Assembly: GCA_963823665.1 (NCBI GenBank)
Contig: CAWGMQ010000006.1
Coordinates: 928,001-992,000 of the forward strand
Direction: 5' to 3'
DNA: 64,000 nt
DNA from: an uncultured Planctomycetota bacterium
GTDB lineage: Bacteria > Planctomycetota > Planctomycetia > Isosphaerales > Isosphaeraceae
In this document: positions 30,103-41,512 of the stretch, piece by piece
How positions within the stretch are numbered: position 1 is the first letter of the stretch
Layout: every line of letters begins with the position of its first letter
Position numbers and translations under genes: made by a program
Notes under the pieces: model-generated
Databases searched by the model: none
Told to the model about the DNA's origin: nothing
Seen by the model: the letters and a program-made list of their open reading frames with translations, nothing else

Positions 30103-32211
30103 TCACTGCAGTCCGCGACTGGATGCCTTTGCCGGAGCCGCCGCTTTTTCCGCCTTCTCCGGCTGCTTGGTGTTCTTTAAATCCTTGAGCTCCTCGAGCA
30201 GGCTTTGCGTGAGCTTGGAGAGCGATTGGATGAGCTCCCTGTTCTGTTTAGCCTCCTCGGTCTGCGCTGCCGTGGGCGCTGGCGTACCACCCGTCACATC
30301 GTGGACCAATTGCAGATCGTGGATCTCCTTCTGGGTCTTGATGATCTCGGCCAGCTCTTTCATTTCGTCCAGCGTCAGCTCGCCTCGCTCGGCCTTTTCG
30401 AGCTGCTCCATGTGCGGAGAGGGTGCGGGCATGGAGGGCGGCAAGGAGCTGTTCTGGGCCGACTCGAGCGACGTGATGTAGAGCATCCCATCCACGATGA
30501 AGTACCCGAGATCGAGCTGTGAAAGAGCCAGTTGCAGCGTACGGCGCAGCGGAACACCGTCCAGCTCCAGGTTGCGGATGGGCGAAGACATGGTCTTGTC
30601 GGCCTCGGCCAGGGCAATTGGGTCGACATAGATGGGAATGCCCGACGGCATGTCGGACGACTTGGTCGAGGCCTTGATATGTTTGATGACGTCCTCGAGC
30701 GGAGTTTCGTCAGTGAATTTCATGATGACCGGCTCTTCAAGCTTGCCGATGATCAGCCGGGATCGCGGGTCCTGTCCCAGCCGTGGCGTGGTCTTGAGTG
30801 AGGATCCGGCGTCGACGGCGGCACGGTCGCTGCTGCCACGCGGCGACCCGTCGGCGGGCTTTGCCGTGAGCGATTTCCCCGTTGAGCGGAACTTGACCGC
30901 CGCCCGCGCCCGCCAGAGCTCCGCCTCCGCCGAGTACGCGTTTACGAGGGAAACCTGGCTCTCCGATCGTGATGGATTGGCATGCTGGATTCGCGCCACG
31001 TCGCGCATCCGTTCCGCGTGGGCGCTCGCCGCGGCCTGGTCGCCCACCGAGCCCTTCCCGTCCTCCTCCGCGGCCATTAGCCGTAGCGACGCCTGGTATA
31101 TCCGTTCGAGCGGAGCCTTGTTCGCGCGGAAATCTTCGAGCGCTGCCGTCCAGTCGCGCTTGGCGGCTTGCATGAGTCGACTGCGAAGATCTTCAAGCTC
31201 CGCGCTGGCGGCATCAGGCGTTTTCACACCTTCGACGGGTTGGTTGGTGGAATCAGAATCATCCGGGTCCAGGCGGTTGTCCACGAGAGTGGGATTCCTT
31301 GCCGGAGAGTTCGGCCGAGCGGGCGAGCTGGGTTGTCGCGCCACCTCCCCACCTGGTTGTCGCGCCATGACGGCCGCACCGGCAAGCGTTACACCCACCG
31401 TAAGAACGGCAAGTCCTGCCCATTTCACTTTTTCAACGATCATGGCCGACAGAGCTCCTTTGACGAGAGAGGCAATCGAAATGGAGACGGCATCGACAGA
31501 GATTTGTCCCAACGTGACTTTCATGCAGTTGCTCACGGTCTGCACGAAGATCGTGCGGTCAATCGCCGCACAAGATTCGCGAGCGATCGAAGACCCCACC
31601 AGCGCGACTGCCGGGGCGATGCCCCGCCGCACCAAGCGGCCTCGTAACAGGTCTCGCGCCCGGGAAAGTCTTCCTTTGACGCTTCCCACCGGCCACTCGA
31701 GCTGCCGGGCCGCTTCTTCGTGCGTGAGGCCTTGCACGTAGCAGAGCACGATCGGCGCGCGGTACTTTTCTGGAAGGCGGTTCAGTTCCTGGTCGACGAC
31801 CGCCGCCAGCTCCGCGTCTGGCTCGGTCGCAGCACGAAAAACGTTGAGCTCGCCGCCGGCCAGCTCGACTCGGCGCCGCCGCGCTGCCAGGGCACGGGCC
31901 CGCATGGATACGCGTGTGGCCACGCCGTGGAGCCACGGCCCGATGGCGTCGCGCGGCCCCAGTGAGCGGGCACGGCGCACCAGCACCATGAAAGTCGCCT
32001 GAAACGCATCGTCGGCGTCAGGTCCTCCGGAGAGCATCCGCCGGCACGTTCCCATCACCATTGGCCCGTGCCTCGCCACGAGCGCGGCGAACGCAAGCTC
32101 GTCGCGCTGCTCGAGGTAGCGTGCCAGAAGCTGCCATTCCGAGAGCCCGGAGACAGTCTCGCCTTGAAAGATCCGCTCCAGCTCGGGTGTTGCCAGTCGG
32201 TGATGGCTCAT
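30103..32211 (-). CDS. ECF sigma factor with TM helix and long C-terminal extension
   Basis: AFAALVARHGPMV, DDAFQATF, WLHGVA, LPEKYRAPIVLCY, GSVKGRLSRAR; TM; C-terminal GIPIYVDP domain. Confidence 0.92.
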   Translation of the reverse strand: MSHHRLATPELERIFQGETVSGLSEWQLLARYLEQRDELAFAALVARHGPMVMGTCRRMLSGGPDADDAFQATFMVLVRRARSLGPRDAIGPWLHGVATRVSMRARALAARRRRVELAGGELNVFRAATEPDAELAAVVDQELNRLPEKYRAPIVLCYVQGLTHEEAARQLEWPVGSVKGRLSRARDLLRGRLVRRGIAPAVALVGSSIARESCAAIDRTIFVQTVSNCMKVTLGQISVDAVSISIASLVKGALSAMIVEKVKWAGLAVLTVGVTLAGAAVMARQPGGEVARQPSSPARPNSPARNPTLVDNRLDPDDSDSTNQPVEGVKTPDAASAELEDLRSRLMQAAKRDWTAALEDFRANKAPLERIYQASLRLMAAEEDGKGSVGDQAAASAHAERMRDVARIQHANPSRSESQVSLVNAYSAEAELWRARAAVKFRSTGKSLTAKPADGSPRGSSDRAAVDAGSSLKTTPRLGQDPRSRLIIGKLEEPVIMKFTDETPLEDVIKHIKASTKSSDMPSGIPIYVDPIALAEADKTMSSPIRNLELDGVPLRRTLQLALSQLDLGYFIVDGMLYITSLESAQNSSLPPSMPAPSPHMEQLEKAERGELTLDEMKELAEIIKTQKEIHDLQLVHDVTGGTPAPTAAQTEEAKQNRELIQSLSKLTQSLLEELKDLKNTKQPEKAEKAAAPAKASSRGLQ

Positions 32212-32428
32212 GGTGTAGTTCCTCGAGCTCGTGCCCTTTCTGTTTATGATGATGTCGTGTCGGCCTCCGATCGATACAATTTTCTTCGAATATTCCAAAC
32301 CGCGCCGGAGGAATGCGTAACTTCACGTGAACCTCACCCGGCGCGTTCCAGCGAATCTCTTTGCATATCATCGCCGGACTGAAGCGATCCGCCGCCTTCG
32401 CATCCGGCCCATCTGGCTCGACCAGGCT

Positions 32429-32828
32429 TCACACCGACGGCAGCGCCACGAACGTGAGTGTCGCCTTGCCGTGGACGGGTCCCTTCCCCTTGGCCTGCAC
32501 CACGCTCAGGAGGACCTCGCCGCTGCCCGTGTCGCCCGCGTAGGTCCCACTTGAGCCGGTGATCGTGAAGAATACCGGTTGATCGTGTCCCCGCGTGCTG
32601 AGACTGGCCGTGATCTTGCCGTGTTTTCTGGTCGCGCTCGCGATCGTAACCGTCCCGGTCGGGCTCGCGGCGCCGTAATTGATCGACCCCTTTAATGTGA
32701 CTTTGCCGAGCGGGCTGACGTTGCCCTTGTCGCTGAATGCTGTCAGATTCATCCCTCCCTGATTGGATAGGGGAGAGGGCGTGCAGCAAGACGCCATGAT
32801 GACCGTTTGGTGAAAATCGTTTCCACAT
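32429..32828 (-). CDS. Hypothetical beta-rich secreted protein (probable frameshift near start)
   Basis: G/T-rich beta pattern (FTITGSSGTYAGDTGSG); GGAG RBS before ATG 32828. Confidence 0.5.
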
Positions 32829-32920
32829 TGCCGTAATCTCCAGGCTGTGATAGCTTAACGGCTCGAATCCAAACGCCGTCCGAGCACGATTCGGGCGAGG
32901 CAGGGAGGCCACGGCGACCG

Positions 32921-33859
32921 ATGGATGAATCCCAGGCGGCGATCTGGTTCGTCGGCGATCTGAATGATGCGTGGGTCGCGTCGATTGCGGACGCGCTTCC
33001 CGTTGCTCACGGCGTCGTTCGTATTCAGTGCACGGGCGAGCTGATGCGCGGACCGCTGTTTGCAGCCGATCATCCGCCTCGGCTGATCGTCGTGCACCGC
33101 CAAACACTTGCCCCCGTTGATGCCCAGTGGCTCAAGGATTGGCGGCCAGACGCCGTGTCGACAACGTCGCCTGCTCTCATTCTGTGCGTCGGTCCTTACG
33201 TGCGTTACGAGGAACTGGAGCGCTATTCGGGACTGGTCGACCTGGTGCTTTCCGAAGCGACGGCCGCGGATGTAATCCCCCGCCACGTGGCGCGCCTGCT
33301 CGACGGCCGCCCCACCCGCATGCCCCGAGCCGACACCGATCCCCCTGTTCGCGTGCTGGTGGCGAGCACAAGCGCCGAATTGTCTGATACGATCGCCGAG
33401 GCGTGTGCCGCAGCCGGGTATCCCGTCGAACGAATCGACGACCAGGAGGTTGGAAACCAGTCGGCCGGTGGCAACGAGCATTCGCGGTCGGGCGAAACGC
33501 TCATCACAGTCTGGGATGTTCCCGTCCTCGAGGAATGGACCGAGCGATTGAAACGGCATGCGCGAAACACCGGCCCCGTCGTCGCCTTGATGGGGTTTCC
33601 TGACCGGAATATGGTCGCTGTCGCCAAGTCGACGGGCGCCATCGCGTGCCTGGAGCTCCCGCTCAATCTCGAAGATCTCGTTGACTTGATCGAACGCTTC
33701 GCGAATTCCCTGGCCCGCGACCCACGCCCTGCCGCGCCCCGCGCCGAACTACCCCACACGCTCCCCCCTCGCCCGCGCCGCGGGCTCGCCGGGCAGCGCA
33801 GCTCCAAAAACGCACCGGAGTGGCCAGTTCCGTCCCGGGCGCCTAGAATTGCAAAGTAG
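32921..33859 (+). CDS. Hypothetical protein with degenerate receiver-like alpha/beta domains
   Basis: RVLVAS, TVWDVP, PVVALMGF, GAIACLELP..LEDL pattern. Confidence 0.65.
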   Translation: MDESQAAIWFVGDLNDAWVASIADALPVAHGVVRIQCTGELMRGPLFAADHPPRLIVVHRQTLAPVDAQWLKDWRPDAVSTTSPALILCVGPYVRYEELERYSGLVDLVLSEATAADVIPRHVARLLDGRPTRMPRADTDPPVRVLVASTSAELSDTIAEACAAAGYPVERIDDQEVGNQSAGGNEHSRSGETLITVWDVPVLEEWTERLKRHARNTGPVVALMGFPDRNMVAVAKSTGAIACLELPLNLEDLVDLIERFANSLARDPRPAAPRAELPHTLPPRPRRGLAGQRSSKNAPEWPVPSRAPRIAK

Positions 33860-33910
33860 GTTGCGGCCGACTGACACCCGGCAACAGACAATTGATGCTT
33901 CAGAGAGGAC

Positions 33911-36900
33911 ATGCCCAAGACGAAACCGAAAACCGGCGCCGGCCCGAAGATCCTGGGGCTCTCGGATCTGACCAGGGAGATCCAGCGCGCGCCGGGATTC
34001 GGCGAGGTCTTGGCGGCCCTCAAGAACGGCAAGAGCGCCACCGTCGACGGCGCATGGGGGTCTGCCTCCGCTCTTGCGGCTGCGGCGCTCGCTCTGCACG
34101 CTCCCAGCACGTTCGTCATCGTGATCGCCCACGTCGGCGATGTCGACGATTTCCGCGACGATGTCGCCACGTTCGCCGGAATCGTGCCCGAGGTCTTTCC
34201 GGCGTGGGAAAAGCCGCCGCGAGAGCTCAGCGCCGTCGATGAGGTCTTCGGGCGGCGAATGCGCGTGCTCCGGCTGCTCTCGGGCCAGAGCCCGCCGCGC
34301 CTGGTTGTCACACCGTTTCAAGCGACGCTCCAGCCCGTTCCCAAACCAGAGCTGCTCGCGCGGATTGTTCGCACCGTGGCCGTCGGCCAGGTCGTGCCGA
34401 TCGAAGAATTGACCGCCTGGATGCTCGAGCGCGGCATGTCGCGTGCCGAGGTCGTCGAGGTGCCCGGCGAGTTCAGCTCGCGAGGCGGGATCCTCGACGT
34501 CTTTCCCACCGATGCAACCGACCCCGTTCGCATCGAGTTCTTCGGCGACGAGATCGAGTCCATCCGCCCGTTCGACGTCGAATCCCAGCGCTCGCTCGAC
34601 CGCTGGAATTCCGTCACACTGACGGCCGCGATCGGCCTGGGCGAGAGTGATCTCGCCGGTTTCGGTCATCCCGTCGATTTCTTTCCGGAGGGTACCTGGG
34701 TCGCGCTGATCGAGCCCTCCGACCTGCGTGAGGAAGGGCGGCATTACCTCGAGCGTCTTGAAGACCGCCGCGGTCTTTACAGCGTCGAAACCAGCTTCGA
34801 AAAGCTCATTCGCTCTCCCACGATAGCGGTCTCGACGCTGGCGGCCGACTCGCTCGAGACCACCTGTCATATGCGGATCGAGAGCATCGAACGGTTCTCC
34901 GGTGAGCTCACCAAGGTCAAGGCCGAGCTTGAAACCGCTGCGGAGGGTGAAGACGTCCTGATCGCTTGCCATAACGCCGCCGAGGTCGAGCGGCTCAGCG
35001 GAAGTCTTCTCCGATACCGAGCTCGCGCGAACGCGGCGGCTGCATCTGACCGAAGGCCGCATCCGAGCCGGCTTCCACCTGATCGATTCGCGCAGCGCTG
35101 GTGATCGGCGACCACGAGCTCTTCGCGCGCGCCGAGGTGCGCCGGCCCGTGACGCGGCGGCGATACGAGAGCCGGGCCATCGACAGCTTCCTCGACTTGA
35201 ACGAGGGAGACCTGGTCGTCCATGTCAATCACGGAATCGCTCGATATCTCGGCCTTCATTTCGTCGACCAGTCGGCTGAACACGCCGAGGAAACCCTGCT
35301 CCTCGAGTTCGCCGAAGGCACGCGGCTGTTTGTCCCTGTCGCCAAGATCGACCTGGTGCAGAAATACGTCGGCGGCGGCAAAGGCACGCCGGCGCTTTCC
35401 AAGATGGGCTCGTCCACCTGGGAAAAACGCAAGAAACGCGTGGCTGAGGCCGTTGTCGATCTCGCTCAAGAGCTGATCGATATCCAGGCACAACGGGCCG
35501 CTCGCCCGGGAATCGCCTATCCGGCTCAGGACTCGCACTGGGTGGCTGAGTTTGAAGCGGCCTTCCCTTACGAGGAAACGCCAGACCAGCTCTCGGCCAT
35601 CGAAGCCGTCAAGCGCGACATGGCCCAGGGCAAGCCCATGGACCGCTTGATTTGCGGTGATGTCGGCTACGGCAAGACCGAAGTCGCCATCCGCGGCGCC
35701 TTCCGGGCGGTCGACGCCGGCAAGCAGGTGGCCGTGCTCGTGCCCACCACGATCCTGGCCGAACAACACCATCGCAGCTTCGCCGCCCGCATGGCCGAAT
35801 TCCCGTTCGTGATCGAAGTCGTCAACCGGTTCCGCCCCAAGGCCGCGATCCGCGAGGTCTTGAAGAGCGCCGCCGCGGGAAAAGTCGACATCCTGATCGG
35901 AACCCACCGCATCCTCCAGAAAGACGTCGCGTTCAAGGATCTGGGTCTGGTCATCATCGACGAGGAACAGCGGTTCGGCGTGGAGGACAAGGAATGGCTC
36001 AAAACCCTGCGCAGCACGGTTGACGTGCTCACACTCTCGGCCACGCCCATTCCGCGCACTTTGCACATGAGCCTGCTCGGCATACGCGATATCTCCAACC
36101 TCGAAACGCCTCCCCCTGACCGCAAGGCGATCGAGACGCGCGTGCTGCGGTTCGATCGTGAGGTCATCAAGCGCGCCATTCACCGTGAGCTCAATCGCGA
36201 CGGACAAATCTATTTCGTCCATAACCGTGTCTACGACATCACCACCATCGCCGATTGCATTCAATCGATCGTCCCCGAGGCCCGGATCGGAATTGCTCAC
36301 GGCCAGATGTCCGGCGACGAGCTCGAGCGCACGATGATGAGTTTCATCAACCGCAAGTTCGACATCCTCGTCGCCACCACGATCATCGAGAGCGGGCTCG
36401 ATATTCCCAACGTCAACACGATCTTCATCAATGAGGCCGACAAGTACGGTCTGGCTGACCTCCATCAGCTTCGAGGCCGGGTCGGCCGCTACAAGCACCG
36501 TGCTTACGCCTACCTGATGCTCGAGTCGGATCGGCCCGTCACACCCAACGCCGTGAAGCGATTGAAGGCGATCGAAGAATTCACGCTCCTGGGCGCCGGG
36601 TTCAAGATCGCCCTTCGCGACCTGGAAATCCGCGGCGCCGGCAACATCTTGGGCGCCGAGCAGTCCGGCCACATCGAGAGCGTCGGTTACGAGCTCTACT
36701 GCTCGCTCCTCGAAACGGCCGCGAGGTCCTTGACCAACCAGCCCGATCGGCCGCTGTTCGAGTGTTCGGTCGAGCTCAAGTGGCGGGCCTACCTCCCGCG
36801 CGACTACGTTACATCGCCGCGCGATCAAGCTCGAGCTCTACCGAAGGATCGGCCGCCTTCGCTCGCTCTCCCACCTCTCTGACCTGCGCCAGGAAATGAT

Positions 36901-37183
36901 CGACCGGTTCGGGCTCCTCCCCCGCCCCGCCGAGACCCTGCTCGTCGAAACCGAGATCCGGATCCTTTCCGGCGCCTGGAAACTCAACCGCATCCACGTT
37001 GAACAGGGGCAATATATCGTCCTCTCCTACGGCAACTCCTCCCGCATCGAAGCCCTCGCCCGCCGCCACCCCCCGGGCACCGTCCGGATCGTCGACGCCA
37101 AGCACGCCTACGTCCCCCTGGGCGATGACCCGGTCAAGACCCCCGAAATCGCCCAGCGCCTCCTCGCGCTCCTGCGACCGTGA
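33911..37183 (+). CDS. mfd: Transcription-repair coupling factor (frameshifts near 35000, 35097, 36825)
   Basis: GEFSSRGGILDVFP, GDLVVHVNHGI, MDRLICGDVGYGKTEVA, IIDEEQRFGV, LSATPIPRT, HQLRGRVGR, EMIDRFG. Confidence 0.97.
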
Positions 37184-37280
37184 TGCACGAAAAAAAACTG
37201 TGACGATTCGGCGCCGCACCGCACAGTATGATGAGTGCAGATTCGACCAATCAGCAATCATCACTCGCTGAGCGGATCCC

Positions 37281-39140
37281 ATGTCCACGAAACGGCTCCT
37301 GCCAGGCTTCCGAAGCTTCGTCACGCTGTTCGACTCCGGCAGTCTGGGCTCACAGAGCGACCGCGACCTGCTCGAGTGCTTCCAGACCGACCCCGGTCCG
37401 ATCGGTCAGGAGGCGTTCCGCATCCTCGTCGAGCGCCACGGCCCGATGGTCCTCGGTCTTTGTCGCAGCGTCGTTCGCGATCAGCACGAAGCCGAGGATG
37501 CCTTCCAGGCCACATTCCTCGTGCTCGTCCGCAAGGCGGCGTCGATCGAGCGCAGGGATACCCTCGGGCCTTGGCTGCACGGCGTCGCGGCCAAGGTCGC
37601 TCGACGAGCGCGCCACCGGCTGAATGATCGCCGCAAACACGAAGTCCCCGTCGCACCAGACATTCCCGGCCGCGATCTCGCTGCCGTGGACGACGGCCGT
37701 TCCGAGCGCCTCGTCCACGAAGAGATCGCCAGGTTGCCTGACTCATTCCGCAAACCCCTCGTTCTCTGTTGCCTGCAAGGCTTGAGCTACGACCTGGCCG
37801 CTCAGCAACTGGGAGTAAACCCCTCGACGCTGCGCGGCCGCCTCGAGCGCGCCAGAAAACGGCTTCATTCGCGATTGCAGCGACGCGGCATTCCCGTTCA
37901 TGCCGGCGGGCCGTCCATCGCATCGCTTCCGGTCTCATTGCCCCCCCTGCCCTGCCCGTTGATCGAAGCCACGGTTCAATTCTCGTTGAAATGGTCGCGC
38001 CTGACCGGCCTCCTCGGAGGCGGCACGGTCGTTCCCCAATCGATCGCAGCGCTCGCACAAGGAGTAGTCCAATCCATGTTCTTGCAAACGATTCGAGTAT
38101 CGGCCGCGGCCTTGCTGGCTATTGGCGCAATCGGAACGGTCGTCGTGGCTCAACAAAGAACGGGCCGCGTGGCCGAGGATGCCGACCCCGCCATTGCGGG
38201 GCGTGCGCAGGAAGATTCCATCAAGCGAACGAAGAAAAGAACCCCCGATCAGCCCGACGGCAATGTCACAGCCGTTGATGAGAAACGGCTTTTGATCACC
38301 CGCTCGGACTCGTTTGAGTATTCGCGCGATCCCAAAGGCGGTTCACCGTTCGCGTCTCGAGACGTCCCGCCGAGATTTGCCCTGATCGGCAAGATGGATA
38401 TCGACCGTGACGGCAGCGACGATCGGAAAGAACTCAAGGGAATGATCCAGGGCGCCGGAGGAGTCGTCGATTTTGACCTCCCGCCGCCGGACTCAGGCAA
38501 GGAAACCGGCAAGATAAGCCCCAAGCTCGATTGGTACGTGATCGATGAGCGGCTGCCGTTGCGTGAATCTGGTCAGCAAGCGGTAGGCCCACTCCTTCCG
38601 GACGCCAAGTTTTCCGAGCGCGTGCGAGCGGCTGTGAAAGAGGCTCGTCTGAACGGCATCCGTCCAATGACGATCGGAAAGCTTCTCGCTTATCTCGAGC
38701 AAGACCCGAACGCGAAGCCCGCCGCCGCCAAGGCCGCCCCGATTCCGCGCCCGGACGCCACCGCCCGAGTTCGCCAGAAGCTCGACATGGTTGTCGGCGC
38801 CGATTTTCCAAAAACCGCGTCGCTCGAAACATTGTTGAAAACCATCAAGAAAATCACGACGGATGCGACATACCCAGGCATTCCGATTTACGTCGATCCA
38901 GCCGGAATCAAGGATGTCAAGCTGACGATGGAAGCCCAGGTCACGGAGATCGTCGGAGATCAGCCAATTCGCAACGTTCTCTCGGATTCCTTGCGCCCGC
39001 TGGGCTTGATGTACGACGTCCGCGACGGGTTCTTGATGATCTCATCCCGCACGGCCATCCTCGAGCATCGCGTCGAAGAAATCGATCACAAGCTCGATCG
39101 GGTGATCGAAATGCTCGGCCGACTGGAACAGAAGAATTAA
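37281..39140 (+). CDS. ECF sigma factor with TM helix and long C-terminal extension
   Basis: LVERHGPMV, EDAFQATFLVL, LPDSFRKPLVLC, TLRGRLERAR; TM; GIPIYVDP domain. Confidence 0.92.
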   Translation: MSTKRLLPGFRSFVTLFDSGSLGSQSDRDLLECFQTDPGPIGQEAFRILVERHGPMVLGLCRSVVRDQHEAEDAFQATFLVLVRKAASIERRDTLGPWLHGVAAKVARRARHRLNDRRKHEVPVAPDIPGRDLAAVDDGRSERLVHEEIARLPDSFRKPLVLCCLQGLSYDLAAQQLGVNPSTLRGRLERARKRLHSRLQRRGIPVHAGGPSIASLPVSLPPLPCPLIEATVQFSLKWSRLTGLLGGGTVVPQSIAALAQGVVQSMFLQTIRVSAAALLAIGAIGTVVVAQQRTGRVAEDADPAIAGRAQEDSIKRTKKRTPDQPDGNVTAVDEKRLLITRSDSFEYSRDPKGGSPFASRDVPPRFALIGKMDIDRDGSDDRKELKGMIQGAGGVVDFDLPPPDSGKETGKISPKLDWYVIDERLPLRESGQQAVGPLLPDAKFSERVRAAVKEARLNGIRPMTIGKLLAYLEQDPNAKPAAAKAAPIPRPDATARVRQKLDMVVGADFPKTASLETLLKTIKKITTDATYPGIPIYVDPAGIKDVKLTMEAQVTEIVGDQPIRNVLSDSLRPLGLMYDVRDGFLMISSRTAILEHRVEEIDHKLDRVIEMLGRLEQKN

Positions 39141-39220
39141 ATCTGAAAGTGTCTCGCCCTGGGCTGTCGAGAACTTGCGATCTAAGGGGCGTTGATTTCC
39201 CGCTGTATTTGTTGCGCAAA

Positions 39221-39256
39221 CCTTCCCCCCCTTTAGAAGGGGGGGTTAGGGGAGGT
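39221..39256. repeat. Palindromic REP-like element between convergent genes
   Basis: CCTTCCCCCCCTTTAGAAGGGGGGGTTAGGGGAGG. Confidence 0.7.
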
Positions 39257-39285
39257 GCATTCCGGCGGCTCCGCTAAGCCGCCGC

Positions 39286-39723
39286 TCACGAACGCCCGCT
39301 TCTCTTCTTGGTTGACTTCGCCTTGCCGGGCGGCCGCCCCCGCTTGCCCGTCGCCGTAGCAGTGGTAGCAGCCGTCGGCTTCGTCGTCGTCTTCACCGCC
39401 ACCTTCGGCTGATGATGCTTCAAGTCGTCGACCCAGTCGTTTGCCGCCCGCGCACCGTCGACCATCCCCGTCACGACCGGGTTGTTCGCCGGAATCGACC
39501 TGGCGATCAAAACGACAGGAAACACCGTCCCGTATGAGAACGAGTACGACATCGTGTAAACCATCCTGGAGAGAAATCGACCCGCTGCCGGCAGCGCATC
39601 TCCTGCGTTGGCCTTCGCCTGCGCAGCACCATCCTTCGCCGCCTGCACAGCCATCTCCCATGCATCCGACACAACCTGAAGCGCATCACGCGACGGCGCC
39701 ACTGTGAACCCGTTTTTCGACAT
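39286..39723 (-). CDS. Hypothetical protein with K/T-rich tail
   Basis: 145-aa ORF with GC-rich codon usage; YSFSYGTVFP...IPANNPVV.G..DGA core. Confidence 0.75.
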   Translation of the reverse strand: MSKNGFTVAPSRDALQVVSDAWEMAVQAAKDGAAQAKANAGDALPAAGRFLSRMVYTMSYSFSYGTVFPVVLIARSIPANNPVVTGMVDGARAANDWVDDLKHHQPKVAVKTTTKPTAATTATATGKRGRPPGKAKSTKKRSGRS

Positions 39724-39821
39724 GAGTGATCACCCTTTGAAAGTTACTCTGGGAAGATTGCGTTGTTCTGGCTAGGATCGATAGCCGGTGACGTTCTTTT
39801 GCGGAGAGGGTCTGTCGGCAA

Positions 39822-40178
39822 ATGCGTGAGGAGCGGAAATTGAACGGGACGAAGACGTCGAGCATTGCGGGAAAGCGGCCGCGCCAGGGGCGGGCATCCA
39901 ATCTGACGGTTGATCAATTAGAGCAAATCCGCAGGGTCCGGAACATGCCCACGGAGGTTGGGGTCTTGCTGATCGTCTCCGGAATTGGCGGAATCTTGCT
40001 CCCGGGGCCGGTCGGAACGCCATTTCTGGTCCTGGGCTGCCTGATGCTCTGGCCGAAGGCCTTCCACGGGATCGGAATCTGTCTCGAATCGCAATTCCCC
40101 AAAATGCATCATCACGGCGTCACGCAAATCAACCGATTCCTGGATGACCTGGAGCAGCGGTATCCGCCTTCCAAGTAG
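39822..40178 (+). CDS. Hypothetical small membrane protein
   Basis: Hairpin TM GVLLIVSGIGGILLPGPVGTPFLVLG; ends FLDDLEQRYP. Confidence 0.7.
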   Translation: MREERKLNGTKTSSIAGKRPRQGRASNLTVDQLEQIRRVRNMPTEVGVLLIVSGIGGILLPGPVGTPFLVLGCLMLWPKAFHGIGICLESQFPKMHHHGVTQINRFLDDLEQRYPPSK

Positions 40179-40208
40179 AATCATACCACGCACCAGACAG
40201 CAGGCGGA

Positions 40209-41333
40209 TCACCTCGTACCGGTCCCAGGCCGAGGAGGCTGAGGCGGGGCTTTCTTTTGCAGGTCTTGATAATCCATCCCTGAGAAGAAGTCGCCGACCT
40301 CGTTGCCCGTGGTCTTGGGCGGAGGAGCGCCAGCCAGGGCCGGTGCGACTTCGGTGCGCAGTTCCGACAGTTTCGGATAGAGCGAGTCATACACCTGCTT
40401 CTGAACGGGCGTGGTGGCCTGGCCGAAGCGAAGGTTGTACGCGCTCATGAACTGGAGTAACTGGCCCAAGGTCGCCTCGGGATGCTCGTCCACGCCCGCA
40501 AGCAGGATGTCGAGCGCGGGAGTCTGGAGCATGCCGAGCAAGCCATGCACGGCCTTCAGGTATTTGTCGGCCTCGTCGCGATCCTTCGTGTTCCGCGGCA
40601 GGATCTTGTCGGCCTTGGCCTCGGCTTGGTTGACGACGGCGAGGGCTTTCTCCACGGTTTCGGGGTTCGGCTTCTCACCGTCCCGCAAGTCCTTGCGGAT
40701 CTCCTGGCCCAGACTCTTGAACGCGGCGCGATCTTCGTCAAACGCGGCAGTCAAGAGCGCCGCCGGTGGTTGGCCCTTGGTGAGCCGCTCGATACTGACC
40801 GTGATCGCGCCCGGCGCGTACCGGAAGGGAATATTCCGGATCGCCTGCCCCCCGATCTTCACCTTTGCGCCTTCCAGAGTTCTCGAATACACCCGAGGAT
40901 CTTCAATCTGCGAGACGAGCGCGTTGAGTGCGTCACCCATGTAAATATCTCGAGGCGTGGGGTTATCACGCAGCCTCGCCTGGGTCTTGTCATACGCCTC
41001 GAGGTTCTGGGCCTTGTCGGCAGACATCTTCGCGTGGTACTTGCGATTCGCTTCCTCATTCGATTCGTACATGTATTGATTATAGCGCATCGCGGTATCG
41101 ACGTTGATCGATCGGGCGACGGCCGTCTGCTGGTTGTAATACCCGGCGCCGGCGGCGTAAGCTCCCATGCCGCGGGCCATGCTTCCCTGCGGCGTCTCGC
41201 CGCCGCCGCCCCAGCCCCCCCAGCCGTAGCCGCCGTAGCCGCGCGGGTAACCGTACTGAGCGCGGGCCGCCGCGGCGTGAGTCACCGCCAGAGCAATCAC
41301 GAGCGCCGCGACAATTCGAAGGCTTTGTTTCAT
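40209..41333 (-). CDS. Hypothetical secreted protein
   Basis: Signal peptide ending ARA/QYGY, then a G/Y/W-rich N-terminus and a helical domain. Confidence 0.8.
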   Translation of the reverse strand: MKQSLRIVAALVIALAVTHAAAARAQYGYPRGYGGYGWGGWGGGGETPQGSMARGMGAYAAGAGYYNQQTAVARSINVDTAMRYNQYMYESNEEANRKYHAKMSADKAQNLEAYDKTQARLRDNPTPRDIYMGDALNALVSQIEDPRVYSRTLEGAKVKIGGQAIRNIPFRYAPGAITVSIERLTKGQPPAALLTAAFDEDRAAFKSLGQEIRKDLRDGEKPNPETVEKALAVVNQAEAKADKILPRNTKDRDEADKYLKAVHGLLGMLQTPALDILLAGVDEHPEATLGQLLQFMSAYNLRFGQATTPVQKQVYDSLYPKLSELRTEVAPALAGAPPPKTTGNEVGDFFSGMDYQDLQKKAPPQPPRPGTGTR

Positions 41334-41512
41334 TCTGATTTCTCCCAAACAAGAGCCCCCCGGACGCCGCATCCGTCGACAGCGTGATTCGGGGAAGTAT
41401 TCAAGTCGGCCTCACGATTCAACATGAAAAAAGACCGACTGACGTTTTATCGATATGACCGTAACTTACTAGAATATCCCGGCGACACTCCGTCGGCAAT
41501 CGAGTAGCGTCG

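Noticed and set aside
34867..36828. 653-aa minus-strand ORF
   Set aside because: Antisense shadow of mfd, typical of high-GC codon bias; no motifs.
33911..37183. Programmed frameshifting or true pseudogenisation of mfd and trpE
   Set aside because: No slippery heptamers were seen, and breaks are scattered through many unrelated genes, so sequencing error is more parsimonious.
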